Shown here: in pieces, positions 1 through 10,267 of the stretch | Position numbering within the stretch: the first letter of the stretch is position 1 | Layout of the letters: each line of letters starts with the position of its first letter | Made by a program: the position numbers and the translations under genes | The notes under the pieces: generated by a model | The model's database searches: none | Seen by the model: only the letters and a program-made list of their open reading frames with translations | What the model was told of the DNA's origin: nothing | Source: Kiritimatiellia bacterium | Lineage (GTDB): Bacteria; Verrucomicrobiota; Kiritimatiellia; RFP12; JBMNHG01 | Direction of reading: 5' to 3' | DNA: 64,000 nt | Assembly (NCBI GenBank): GCA_050950285.1 | Contig: JBMNHG010000003.1 | Location: 248,001-312,000, forward strand

Positions 1-743
1 GTCAGGCGCGTGCGGGACACGGAAAGCCCGTTGGTCCGGCCGTCGGCCGTCAGGAAGGAGGTCGCGACGCGCCACCAGACGTTGGAGCGCAGTTCGTAGG
101 TGGTGAGCGACATCGACGCCACGCCGTCGGCCACGCTTCCGATGGCGTCGCCGAGTTCGTCGTAGAGGGGCGTCGCGACGCTTCCGGAGCGGATTTCCGT
201 TTCCGACGCGATGCGGCGCGAACTGCCGTGGTAGGCGTATTCCGTTCGGGAGAGCGGCGTTTCGGAAGCGGCGATGCGCCCGAGGAAGTCGTATTCCACC
301 ACGCTGTTTGTGACCGTGGGAGCGTCGGACGTGGCGAGGGTGGCGATTTCGATTCGCCGCCCGTCCGGGGCGAACGTGGTGGTGGTGCTTGCTTCCGTCC
401 ATTCGCCGTCCCATTCCCGGCGGGTGGTGGAACCGCCGCCGCGCACGGTGCGCGAGGTGGTGCGCATCAGAAGCGCGGAGCCGTCGAAGGTGTCCGTCGT
501 CCGGATGGTTTCAGCGGGGGTTTGGGTGAACGCGGTTTGGGTGACGAGTCCCCGCGCGTCGGTGTGGACTTGGAAGTCGGATATGCCATGGGGATAGCTC
601 GTGGTTTCCGACGCTTCCCATCCGTAGCTGGTTTTGCGAAGCGTTGCGATGTCAATCGATCGCATGAAGTTTATTGCGAATTTTCGCACAACCAAAGCAA
701 CACGTGAAAGTGCTGAAAAAAGCTTAAAAAGTTTAATTTTCAT
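1..743 (-). CDS. Rhs-family fragment running off the left edge: low-GC 5' leader fused in frame to an internal Rhs segment
   Basis: Not in the ORF track. Manual translation from ATG 743 (SD AAGGAGG at 751-757): MKIKLFKLFSALSRVALVVRKFAINFMRSIDIATLRKTSYGWEASETTSYPHGISDFQVHTDARG...YDFLGR...LYDELG...WWRV. This aligns by eye with GFTASETTAYPDGIGDHAVHVDRRG...SDFLGR...LYDERG...WWRV of the 2460-aa Rhs. Confidence 0.8.
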   Translation of the reverse strand, partial: MKIKLFKLFSALSRVALVVRKFAINFMRSIDIATLRKTSYGWEASETTSYPHGISDFQVHTDARGLVTQTAFTQTPAETIRTTDTFDGSALLMRTTSRTVRGGGSTTRREWDGEWTEASTTTTFAPDGRRIEIATLATSDAPTVTNSVVEYDFLGRIAASETPLSRTEYAYHGSSRRIASETEIRSGSVATPLYDELGDAIGSVADGVASMSLTTYELRSNVWWRVATSFLTADGRTNGLSVSRTRL

Positions 744-1023
744 TTCTCAACCTCCTTAATCAGTCGCGAGCCTTTCCTGCTAATGGTTGAGACATTCTTC
801 AAGATGGTATTGCGGCGAAGCTTCACAATCGCAAACTCCCCATTTTTTCATATACAGCGAAACACGAACAATGTCTGAATGTCCGTCAAATGTCGCTTCT
901 GACTGATCGGGAAGTTTTACGCGCCGACGAACTCCCAATTCACCTATTACCCAGATAAGGCTATTGGTTGGGACGGCATCAACGGGCAGAATTATTCCAC
1001 GTCTGTCAACAAGAATGGGGGCG

Positions 1024-2834
1024 CCCTAAACTGCGGGAGATTTGGCGCGAGGGCGTTTCGAAGGGCCGGGAGCACGGTTTGACGGCTGTCGGGAGGGGGA
1101 TCGAAGGGTGCCGGCTCTCCGTCGACGCCCTGCTTGTTCCTTTTCCAGGCGTTTCCAGCCTTGGGGAGGGCGTCGGGCGCCCTTCCAGGCGAAATCCAGG
1201 CAGGCTCCGCCGCGGCCGGGCTGTCGCCCGTCCGTCCGGAGCCGTCCGGTTCCGGCTTTTGCCTCGCGCTACGTCGATTCGGTGGGCTGCACCCGGCAGG
1301 GGAACGCCTCGAGCAGCTCCAGGACGCGCTTCACCCACTCCTTCGGGGCGGCGAAGCGCAGGACGATCTTGCGGCTGAGCCGCGAAAGGCGCGCGCCGGC
1401 CGTCAGCACGTGGAAGCGCACGCCGCGCACGCGCCGCACGCGGTTCTCCGGCTCCGGGTCGGCCGCCCGGAGCGCGGCGGCCATGTTGTAGGCCACCGCG
1501 TTGAGCGCGAACCAGGCCGCGTTGGCCCCGAACTTCTGGCTCGGCGGGCGGGCCGCCGCCAGGTCGTTCTTCATTTCGTCGTGGACGTGCTCGACCGTGC
1601 CCGCCTTCCCGCGGTGCCATTCGACGACCTTTTCGCCCGACTCCGCCCGGTTGGTCGCCACGGCGAAGTGCTTGCGGTCGTTCCCGTCGTCGAAGAGCTC
1701 GCCCTGGGGCTTGAGGAAGCGGAGCCCGATGCAGCGCCGGGGGCGCGCATGCTTGTTCTCGGAGCGCAGGCCGGGGACGTAGTCGAGCTCGGCCCACTGC
1801 TTGAGCGTGCCGTCCGGTTCGCGGTCGAACGTCTTCCACGCATCTTCGGGGACGCGGCGCGCGGCGGCCGCCACTTCCGGGACCATCCGGACGCTGATCG
1901 CGTAGTCGATCCTGCCCCGCGGGCCGCCCTCGCGCTCCGGATCCTCGAGCCAGCCGTACAGGTCGTTGTTGTCGCAGGCGCTGTCGCCGCGAAAGCCGAA
2001 CACGCGCACGCTCGGGGGGAGTTCGGCGAACGCCAGGCGCGCGCAGCGGAGGGGGTCCTTGGAGGCGGGCACGTTGCCGTCGCGGAACTCGGTGGCCAGC
2101 ACCACGCCCGCCTCGGCCCAGACCGCGACCACCGGCTGGTAGCCCCGCTCCCCCGTGTAGGCGACCGTCGCCGAGCGCTTGTTGCTCTCCACGATCGTCG
2201 CGTCCAGGTCGACCGTCGCCACCGCGGGGCTCCCCCCGGGCTGGCGCGCCGCCGCGGCGCGCGCCGAAACCCCCACGACCGCCTGCAGGCCGCGAAGCCC
2301 CTCCGTGGGCTCGGGCACGCTCGACTTCAAGTCCAGCTCGAGCGCCCGCTCCCGCGCCCGCGCCACCGCCTCCGCGTCGTGGAAGCGCTCGAGCCAGTCG
2401 CGAAGGGCGCGGGAGCCCGGCGCCTGGAAGCCCAGCATCTTCGACACCGCCGGATCCCCGCGCAGCCGGTCCACGTCCTCCACGCATCCCGCGCCGAGCA
2501 TCAGCGCGCACGCCGCCGACTCGACGAACTCGCCCGCCGTGAAGCCGAGCCTGATGCGGCGCAGGGCGCCGAGGTTCGCGTCGCACGCCCCGGGAAGCCC
2601 CATGCCGCGGAAGACGCGGGAGGCCACCGCCATGCCGCCAAGGCCGGTCACGGTGCCGGGAACGGGGTCCGGGGAGATTTCGTAGGGGATTTTCCATTGG
2701 GTAGGGGTTTTCGGTCTCATGGGCGCATATTCTATCAAGACAGCCTTGATGAAACAAGCGGGAAATTATCGCCGTTTTCCCGCTCCATTCCAGCACTTCG
2801 GAGACCCTCGCAAAAAATCTCCCGCAAAACAGGG
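1024..2834 (-). mobile_element. IS1380-family insertion sequence, 1811 bp
   Basis: Imperfect terminal IRs CCCTAAACTGCGGGAGATTT / CCCTGTTTTGCGGGAGATTT (reverse complement); 5-bp target duplication GGGCG at 1019-1023 and 2835-2839; sharp GC shift at both ends. Confidence 0.9.
1269..2738 (-). CDS. IS1380-family DDE transposase
   Basis: Motifs VDLDAT, GYQP...EFRDGN, FRGDS, HRGKAGTVEHVHDEMK, PSQKFGANAAW. Confidence 0.88.
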   Translation of the reverse strand: MIEYAPMRPKTPTQWKIPYEISPDPVPGTVTGLGGMAVASRVFRGMGLPGACDANLGALRRIRLGFTAGEFVESAACALMLGAGCVEDVDRLRGDPAVSKMLGFQAPGSRALRDWLERFHDAEAVARARERALELDLKSSVPEPTEGLRGLQAVVGVSARAAAARQPGGSPAVATVDLDATIVESNKRSATVAYTGERGYQPVVAVWAEAGVVLATEFRDGNVPASKDPLRCARLAFAELPPSVRVFGFRGDSACDNNDLYGWLEDPEREGGPRGRIDYAISVRMVPEVAAAARRVPEDAWKTFDREPDGTLKQWAELDYVPGLRSENKHARPRRCIGLRFLKPQGELFDDGNDRKHFAVATNRAESGEKVVEWHRGKAGTVEHVHDEMKNDLAAARPPSQKFGANAAWFALNAVAYNMAAALRAADPEPENRVRRVRGVRFHVLTAGARLSRLSRKIVLRFAAPKEWVKRVLELLEAFPCRVQPTEST

Positions 2835-3191
2835 GGGCGTGATATCCCATGCCACTGTAAATCAATACAAACGAATCGTTAGAGTTGGCAGTAGCCATAT
2901 CAAGTGAATCGTCAACGAAGGTCAATTCAAGTGCGGGAACTTGATTTCCATCGCTACAAGGAAGTTTTCTTTCAGAAACATAACCGGTCCATTTGCCTGT
3001 TCGTTGCGGTGCCATTACACATCCCGAAACAAAAACGACACAAGCAAGATTCAACAAGATTCTTCTTGACACGCCGGTTTCTTCATTGCCAGTCACGGAT
3101 CACCTCGGGTGCTGATTGGACCATGTCGTTAATCAGCAACAGGCAGGACAGCATGAGTATGATAGCTCGATCTGTGGTCGATCTGTTTCCA

Positions 3192-3608
3192 TCAGTCTCC
3201 GTCCCTCTCTTTTTTGCTTCTGTCAATGGGATCAGATTCTAACTCTGATTCCTCGATCTCCGAACTTGAATTTGCCAGTTTCTTAAGGGTTGAACGAAAT
3301 TCAATGGGAGCATGGTCAGAACGCTTGTACTTGTCAAAGAGGCCTGACTCCAAATCAAGAACTACAAAAACTTGTTCTCTTCGGTCAAAGGTGCACAGAT
3401 GATCGGCAACAACCCTCCATTCATCAACATCATTGGCGAGTGTCCTTTGCCGCTGGAAATCATACAGGATTTTTGTGTTTTTTGGTGTGCGTAGAACTTG
3501 AAACCGCCCATCTCGAAAGCTTTTTACTGTATCACGGCCAGATCGGTAGTTCACATCAGAGCACCCTAAAAGAATCAAACTCAACAGAAGAAAAACCAAC
3601 TTTTGCAT
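3192..3608 (-). CDS. Lipoprotein, candidate immunity protein for the adjacent orphan Rhs CT
   Basis: MQKLVFLLLSLILLGC lipobox; starts 12 nt after the toxin stop; low GC. Confidence 0.75.
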   Translation of the reverse strand: MQKLVFLLLSLILLGCSDVNYRSGRDTVKSFRDGRFQVLRTPKNTKILYDFQRQRTLANDVDEWRVVADHLCTFDRREQVFVVLDLESGLFDKYKRSDHAPIEFRSTLKKLANSSSEIEESELESDPIDRSKKERDGD

Positions 3609-3619
3609 AACAGTGCTCC

Positions 3620-4470
3620 TTAACGTGATCGTTGCTCATGTATTGACGCATCCCAACTATAGTTGTTAATCACATCAAAGAACTGATCGGACCAAGCCAT
3701 ATTATTGGCGATAGTCCCTAGAATTTGTTCAAGATCCCACGTGAAATACTGTCTTGTAAGAAGGTGGAAATTGTAATCATCATGAATGGTAATGTGGAGA
3801 TCCATGTCGTATGAAGTATCTGATCGCTTGCAAACCCAACCAGTGTAATCAAAAGATGCGGCATGAATCGCTGCAAACAGATCTCCTGTAGTGAAAGCAA
3901 TAGAATCGGCTGTAACATAGCCTTGGTATCCCACCTGTTGATTTCCGACTATCTCCGAAAGTTTGTTTTCATACTCGGCAGAATCAACTATTGCCATGGA
4001 AACAAAATGATGTTGATCGAAATGTAGATCGGTAGGGCTGTCTTGCAAAGAGTGGTTCAAAAGGAATGCCGCTACATTCCATCCGCGTGGCTGCAGAACC
4101 CGCGACATCACTTCACGCCACAGTCTACGAGCTAAAGGCGTAAGTCCAGGGACACGAATTGCACCCAGCAAATCAATAGAATTAACAGGTTCATTCCCTA
4201 TGAACGCATAAAGATTTGCGCCGCCCCATTCCTCAATCGGATCACGATTGAGCCACCGCGTCAACTCCGGTGCGCAGGTGCGCGACCAGTGGAAACCTGA
4301 CGAGGCGGACATGCCCGAAATAAGATCCGAGTCGGTGAGATAAGAGTACGTGCCGGTAGCCGCAGATGTCGCAGATGACGCAAATGCAAGTGATTGGAAT
4401 CGGCGGGACATGTTGTAAGCATACGACATGGAGTAGCCTTCGTCGAGGGCATAACAGGACAGGGCATACC
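3620..4470 (-). pseudogene. Orphan Rhs module 4 (short core end plus C-terminal toxin domain)
   Basis: [37 protein letters not shown] followed by a ~180-aa low-GC CT. 5' boundary approximate. Confidence 0.8.
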
Positions 4471-4892
4471 CTGACGGATGACTGGATGAGACGCAGGTGC
4501 TATGGAACGGTTGTCTCATCTTGATCGCTACTAGCAGCGCTGGTAGCGTCTTCATCCTGTATTGTTCTGGCCAAGCTACCCGCATTATTGTCCAGCCCGG
4601 CAACGATCTGTTTTGCTCTTTCAACTTTTTTCGCAAACAAACCTTGGTTAAACGTGAATCCATTGCGGTTCAACTGCATAGCCTCCACTCTTTCGCCGTG
4701 TTTCTCCAGAAAAGCAAGCTTTGCATAGATCAACAGCCGTATTGATTGTTCCGAAGCAACACGTATATCGACATTAGTCGGGATGTTCGTTCGCATATCA
4801 TAAAGTTGGAGACAGATACCAAGATCAAACGGAAGCCTTTTACATTCGGCATCTATGTGTCCGCGTTTATATCCAACATTATAAACGCAAAT

Positions 4893-6466
4893 CACTAGCA
4901 TCCCATAGGCTTGCCGAAATCACTCCTGCCTTCCCCCATTGGAAGTCAGCGCACGCGCTCAAGACGGGAGCGTCGGGCCGGATTGAAAAAAAGGGCTGAC
5001 CTCCCGGCCGTCTGCCTGTAGCCTACAGGCATTATGAAAAAAAAAGCGACCAAGGCGCGTAAACGCGCAACCAAGAGGCCAGCGAGAACATCGTACACCA
5101 CCCTGCGCCAGATCGTCCAGTGGATTCCCGCGGGATTGCCGGACAAGATCGCGCGCGACATCGGGGCGGACATCCGCGGATTCTCCTGCGCCAGCCATGT
5201 GCTGGCGCTGCTCTACGGCCATATCGCCCGCGCGGGCAGCCTGAACGAGATCTGCGACGCGGCCCGGCTGCACGAGCCGGAGCTGAACCGCATCCGGGGC
5301 GCGACGGCCCCGAAGCGCAACACCTTCTCCAACGCCAACCGGAGGCGCGACCCGGAGATCGCGGAGCGGCTCTACTGGGAGGTGTTCGAGCACCTCCGGA
5401 CCATCTGCCCGTCCTTCACGCAGTACAAGAAGCACAAAGGCTTCATCTTCCGCCTGAAGCGCGGGATATTCGCCATCGACTCGACCACGCTGAAGCTCAC
5501 GCTCGACTCGATCGACTGGGCCAGGCACCGCCGGAAGAAGGCCGCCGCCAAAACCCACATGGCCCTCGACGTCGGCAGCAGGCTGCCGACGTTCGCGGTC
5601 GTGGAGGACGCCGCGCACCACGACTCGACGCGGGCGGACGCGCTGTGCGCGGGGCTGAAGGACGGCGACGTGCTGCTGGCGGACCGCGCCTACGTCGACT
5701 TCCTCTTCCTGCACGGACTCGCCGCGCGCGGCATCTTCTTCGTCCTGCGGGAGAAGGAGAACATGGACTTCGAGGTGCTGGAGGAGAGAGGGCATCCGGA
5801 CCGGCGCATACTCAAGGACCAGACCATACGCCTGCGGGGCAGGCTGACGGCGGGAAAGTACCCCGGGCCCCTGCGCCGCGTCGCCGCCGTCGTCGAGGTG
5901 GACGGGCAGGATCGGGAAATGACGTTCATCACCAACCATTTCGCGTGGAGCCCCCGCACCGTCTCCGAGCTCTACCGCGCCCGGTGGGTCATCGAGTCGT
6001 TCTTCAAGGAACTCAAGCAGACGCTCCAGCTCAAGGATTTCGTCGGGTACAACGAGAACGCGGTCAAGTGGCAGGTCTGGGTCGGGCTGCTGGCGCATCT
6101 GCTGCTGCGCTTCCTCAAGCACGTCTCGGAATGGGGACTGAGCTTTTCCCGGCTCGCCGGGGTCGTCAGGTCCGCCGTCTGGATGAAGATCGACCTGCTC
6201 GACGCCCTGCGGAAGTATGGGACAGCAGGCGGCCCAAAGCGCCCTGTAATTTCCGGGAAACAGCTCTATTTCCAAGGATTCGAGCCATTCGCGAGCCGGC
6301 CCGTGGGATAGCACATGCCCCAAAACCCCTGTTTTCGGGCATCCGGGCCGATCGCGCAGGCAAACACGTTTTCCGGGAACGCCTTTGAAATCGCGATAAA
6401 TCCCTGCAAATCAATGGGGGAAAGGGGGCAATATGCCCGTTTTCAGCCGCCTATGGGATGCTAGTG
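4893..6466 (+). mobile_element. IS4-family insertion sequence, 1574 bp
   Basis: Perfect 18-bp IRs CACTAGCATCCCATAGGC (4893-4910) / GCCTATGGGATGCTAGTG (6449-6466); 9-bp target duplication AACGCAAAT at 4884-4892 and 6467-6475. Confidence 0.93.
5034..6311 (+). CDS. IS4-family transposase
   Basis: AIDSTT, KTHMALD, LADRAYVDF and the YREK signature YRARWVIESFFKELKQ. Confidence 0.92.
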   Translation: MKKKATKARKRATKRPARTSYTTLRQIVQWIPAGLPDKIARDIGADIRGFSCASHVLALLYGHIARAGSLNEICDAARLHEPELNRIRGATAPKRNTFSNANRRRDPEIAERLYWEVFEHLRTICPSFTQYKKHKGFIFRLKRGIFAIDSTTLKLTLDSIDWARHRRKKAAAKTHMALDVGSRLPTFAVVEDAAHHDSTRADALCAGLKDGDVLLADRAYVDFLFLHGLAARGIFFVLREKENMDFEVLEERGHPDRRILKDQTIRLRGRLTAGKYPGPLRRVAAVVEVDGQDREMTFITNHFAWSPRTVSELYRARWVIESFFKELKQTLQLKDFVGYNENAVKWQVWVGLLAHLLLRFLKHVSEWGLSFSRLAGVVRSAVWMKIDLLDALRKYGTAGGPKRPVISGKQLYFQGFEPFASRPVG

Positions 6467-6592
6467 AACGCAAATCACGATAAGCATAGTAAATGTCGAA
6501 ATCGTAATGCATTTGTAAACAAGACGTCTGTCACGCATTTTTGCACCTCATAACCAAACGAAGCTCACCTTGAGTCTTCCTGCCCTTACAAC

Positions 6593-8052
6593 CTAGTTAC
6601 ACGGATCATCAGGCCATTCTCCATCGTCTTTTGACGACGGTCTGGTAGCATCAATTTCATCGGCCAGTATCAGCGCGTCTGACTTTGCGACAACGTACCC
6701 TAATGTATTTTTTAACAGCTCTTGTGCCGCCTCCGCCAAAATTTCACCAAGCGCTTCGCCAAGTGATATGGGATTCGGTAGTGAAAGCGGCAATTCCGCA
6801 GGCGAATAAACAAATATTACTGGTATCATGCGCGCGTGTTCCACTGTCTTGTAGACTGTTTTAGTCTTCTTCACCGTCCACAGCCCAAAACAATAAACAC
6901 AACAACACTCCACATTCCCTTTAAGGCCCCAAGTAACTTCTACGCCCTCGATCTGCGTAATGAAAGATGATCCGCCACCAGATTCAAAAGTTAGTCCAAT
7001 AACTTCCCATTTGGCATTCTCGCTTACGCTTGGTCCCGCTGCCAAAACACATTTATTCCCAACAGGATCGATCACGTTAACGAATACATTGCGTCCGGCC
7101 AGATATAAGTTGGCTCCACCCCTCTCTCCAATCGGATCACGATTGAGCCAGCGCATCAGTTCCGGCACGTAGAAACGATAACCGTAGTAGTAGAGACCGG
7201 TCTCGGTGTCGTAATACTTGGTGCTGAAACGGTGGCGGAAGGCGTCGGCCATGGAGCCGGCAGCCTCAATGGTGCGCCCGAAGGCGTCGTAGGTGTACTC
7301 GGCCACGATGGCGCCGGTCTCGTCAACATAGGCTGTGATGTTGCCGTTATTATCGTAGAACGGGAAGTACCATGTGCCGCCCATCTGTACCGCCAGGAGT
7401 CCGCCGACACCGCCCGCGCCCTGGAGCGTGCCGGATAGGTCCTTGCCCCAGACGTAGTGGTTGGTGGTCACGCCCGAGGCGGTGGCGACGATTTCGAGAA
7501 CCGGCAGCCAGCCGTCGTAGACAAATCCCCGTGTCTCCGCGCCTCCGCGTGAGATTTTCAACACGCGGCGGCTAAGATGATCGTAGGCGTTGAAGACTAC
7601 GCACAGGCCGTTGGAATAGGCGGCGACGAGGCGGTTTTCCGCATCATACGCATAGCTGAAACGCCCCGTCCCACGTCATATTGCCGTCTAAATCGTATAC
7701 GGGAGAAATTTGGACAGGATTGACATGATTGACATGATTGGAAATCAGGAAATACTGGTTCAGTTCGTTGGCGGTGTAGATGTTCGTGACGGAGTTAAGC
7801 GAGGCCCACAGCGCGTTGCCTATGTTGTCGAAGGCGTAGCGGTTGGTGTGGGCTCCAATGTCCGCCGCCGTGACTTCGCTTCTGGCGTTGTAATCGAAGG
7901 TGTCCGTGTTGCGTGAAGTGACACGGTTAAGCAGGTCGTAGGTGTAGACCAGCGGGTTGTACGGCACGCCGCTGACGCTGTTGGTGATGGTCGTGACAAG
8001 GGTACGACGGTAGGGATCGCGGGCGACAACGCGGGAGAGGAGCGTGCCGTTG
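6593..8052 (-). pseudogene. Orphan Rhs module 3 (long core segment plus CT), frameshifted
   Basis: ORFs 7644-8135 and 6593-7564 join if one C is removed from CCCC at 7664-7667; the intact Rhs has CCC at the equivalent site (WDGRFSYAY). Core ends [17 protein letters not shown]...IDPVG. Confidence 0.85.
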
Positions 8053-8100
8053 GCGAAGGAGTTAACAGCATTTCGACCAGCTTTCATCACGTTGAGAATA

Positions 8101-8745
8101 TCAGCGTTTCCGAAACTTGCCGGAATCGTACTCATCCCAAAAGTTCGTCACGTATGAATATGCATTGATGCACCTAAGGGTTTTCATGTCTCGCAATACC
8201 CTTATAAACTCTTCCGAATGGTCTACATCTGCCGAGAAAAATAGTGTGTCAAGTTGCATGTCTTTGATAGGCGTTAAATCGCGGACATCCGTCTTCACGA
8301 TGAACAGCGCTTGCAGAGGCATGTTCCGAAGCGGCTCAAGGTCGTTGACTTTGGTATTTGACATCCTAAGCTCATCGAGATGCAGACCTGCCAGAGGAGC
8401 GAGATTTGTCACTGCTGTGCTGGAGATGTCCAGTCTTCGCAGAAGACGCATTTGACTAAGTGGCTCAAGGTCGCTGACAGGGCACCGGGAGATGTCCAGA
8501 GATGCCAGCGGCATTCCGATCAAAATATAGAGATTGGTAATCCCCGAGCCTCTTAAGTTCAATTCAATTTCTCCAGAGTTGCCAATTACAATTTGTTTTG
8601 TGGCAACTCCTTGTGACGCTAGATAGCGAACGGTCTCGCGCTGGAGGATATCCTTCCAAATCAGCGACTCGGGACGACAGGCAGCGTGGCACACCAGAAA
8701 CACAAAGATGGCACCACAGCAAATAGTTATGAATACTTTTCGCAT
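8101..8745 (-). CDS. Leucine-rich-repeat protein with hydrophobic N-terminus, candidate immunity protein
   Basis: Repeats LDISRCPVSDLEPL / LDISSTAVTNLAPL / LRMSNTKVNDLEPL; starts 3 nt after the CT2 stop. Confidence 0.8.
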   Translation of the reverse strand: MRKVFITICCGAIFVFLVCHAACRPESLIWKDILQRETVRYLASQGVATKQIVIGNSGEIELNLRGSGITNLYILIGMPLASLDISRCPVSDLEPLSQMRLLRRLDISSTAVTNLAPLAGLHLDELRMSNTKVNDLEPLRNMPLQALFIVKTDVRDLTPIKDMQLDTLFFSADVDHSEEFIRVLRDMKTLRCINAYSYVTNFWDEYDSGKFRKR

Positions 8746-8747
8746 AA

Positions 8748-9690
8748 TCACTTGATCCGGAGAACCTGTTTCCACGCCAACTTTGACTCACCCTTGCATC
8801 CGACCTGAATGAAAAGTTTATCTCCAGATTGGACTTTAGCGACAATCCCGTTGATTTCTTGATAATTTGGTGAGTTGGAATACGTGTACCATGTGCGAAA
8901 CATTTCCGTGTGAGGGACTAAGGCCGGTTCCCATGCGCCAGAGCCAGATGTCTGAATATCGACAAAGCGACCAACATTGAATTGTGCGTTCTTGAACTCA
9001 TAAATTGGATAGGCGAACACTCCGCCTGGTCCTGCCATTTCTGCCCCTACCTTAACCGGATCGCCCCACAAATCATTTGGAGTAGTCCAGCCATCTGCTG
9101 GCTTAAAGAGATCGGGAATTTTACCCCATCCGCCCCCAAAGAAACTCTCTCCGGAATTATCAAGTGGAGACCGTATATTTGGCGGAACCCCGAAGCGTGG
9201 ATTGATGACAACATGAATAGCCCCTCCGTCGCAGCAGACGTCTGGATCAGACTGCTTAATAAATCGTTTTCCGACTAACACTCCCTTGGGCATGCAATAA
9301 ACCGAAACATTCAAAAAGTCTGTCACATTATATTTGGCCTTTTCACCCGAGAAAAATGAATTTAGCGTGGGGGTTAATCCCAGCGGGTCGGTGAGGCAAG
9401 TCGGCGAGTTTCGTGCATAGGTGTAAAGATTGTTGCCACCTCGTTCCCCAATCGGATCCCTGTTCAGCCAACGCATCAGTTCCGGCGCGTAGAAGCGGTA
9501 GCCGTAGTAGTAGAGGCCGGTTTCGGCATCGTAATACTTGGTGCTGAAACGGAAGGCGAAAATGTCAGCCAGGGGGTCGGCCGCCGTTGCGGTCATCATG
9601 CGCGCGCCGTGCATGTCGGTTGCCACCACACGGCTCCAGCAGGCAAGCGAGAGGCCGGTCAACTGCGCACGCGCGACGGAAGTTGTAACC
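8748..9690 (-). pseudogene. Orphan Rhs module 2 (core end plus CT)
   Basis: [44 protein letters not shown]...TDPLGL followed by a ~210-aa low-GC CT. 5' boundary approximate. Confidence 0.85.
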
Positions 9691-9720
9691 GCGCACCGAC
9701 CGGGGAGGTGATTACAACTG

Positions 9721-10248
9721 CTATAGCTCCGCTGGCTCATCGCGATCACAATTTCTTGCTGATTTCTGGGGTGATTGCGACGCCCCGCTGCATTCTGGAA
9801 CTCCAAATTCCCGCTGCCCGCTGTCTGCTTGAAGTGTTATTTCATGATACGGGACAATTGGCGATGGGCTACGTGCCCATTTTTCATACTGGACAGCAAA
9901 GCAATAATCTTTGCGGTCGAAATAGAACGTTCCGCGGTATGACCATATTCGCCCCTTCTGTTTAATTGTGATAGACGACCAATAGACGCGATTCGTTGCA
10001 TCCGATAGATAATACACGTTTCCTGGATAGCTTGGAATAGCCCGCCCCATGCTGCAGCGTTCTTTTTTCTCAATTATTGAACAAGGGAGTTGATGCATCA
10101 AACAATCAAAATGCACCCCTCGTTTTGCAAGGTAAATATATGGACGTATATCAGGATTGTCACACAATGAATGTCTGCTACATGCGAACATGCAACAAGC
10201 CCCCAGCAAACTTCCAAAGAGTGCCACATGAAAGTGTGTTCGCATCAT
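9721..10248 (-). CDS. Candidate cognate immunity protein of the full-length Rhs, with signal or lipoprotein-like N-terminus
   Basis: SD GGAG, then MMRTHFHVALFGSLLGACCMFACS; directly downstream of the Rhs stop; low GC. Confidence 0.7.
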   Translation of the reverse strand: MMRTHFHVALFGSLLGACCMFACSRHSLCDNPDIRPYIYLAKRGVHFDCLMHQLPCSIIEKKERCSMGRAIPSYPGNVYYLSDATNRVYWSSITIKQKGRIWSYRGTFYFDRKDYCFAVQYEKWARSPSPIVPYHEITLQADSGQREFGVPECSGASQSPQKSARNCDRDEPAEL

Positions 10249-10267
10249 GCATTCTCCGTAGCAAGGG

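Larger units (their letters stand above)
780..3096 (-). pseudogene. Lipoprotein-like candidate immunity gene (166 aa when reconstructed) interrupted by the IS1380 element
   Basis: Removing 1024-2834 plus one GGGCG copy restores one ORF: MTGNEE...LACVVFVSGC...GMGYHAP|ILVDRRGIILP...EECLNH*. Low GC; lipobox-like VSGC. Confidence 0.8.
4500..6538 (-). pseudogene. Candidate immunity gene with hydrophobic N-terminus (151 aa when reconstructed) interrupted by the IS4-family element
   Basis: SD GAGGTG, ATG at 6538: MRDRRLVYKCITISTFTMLIVICV continues in frame as YNVGYKRG... once the IS and one target duplication are removed. Confidence 0.8.

Noticed and set aside
1006..3096. 696-aa ORF spanning the IS1380
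   Set aside because: Only the first ~87 aa are real (the disrupted gene); the rest is an alternative frame of the transposase.
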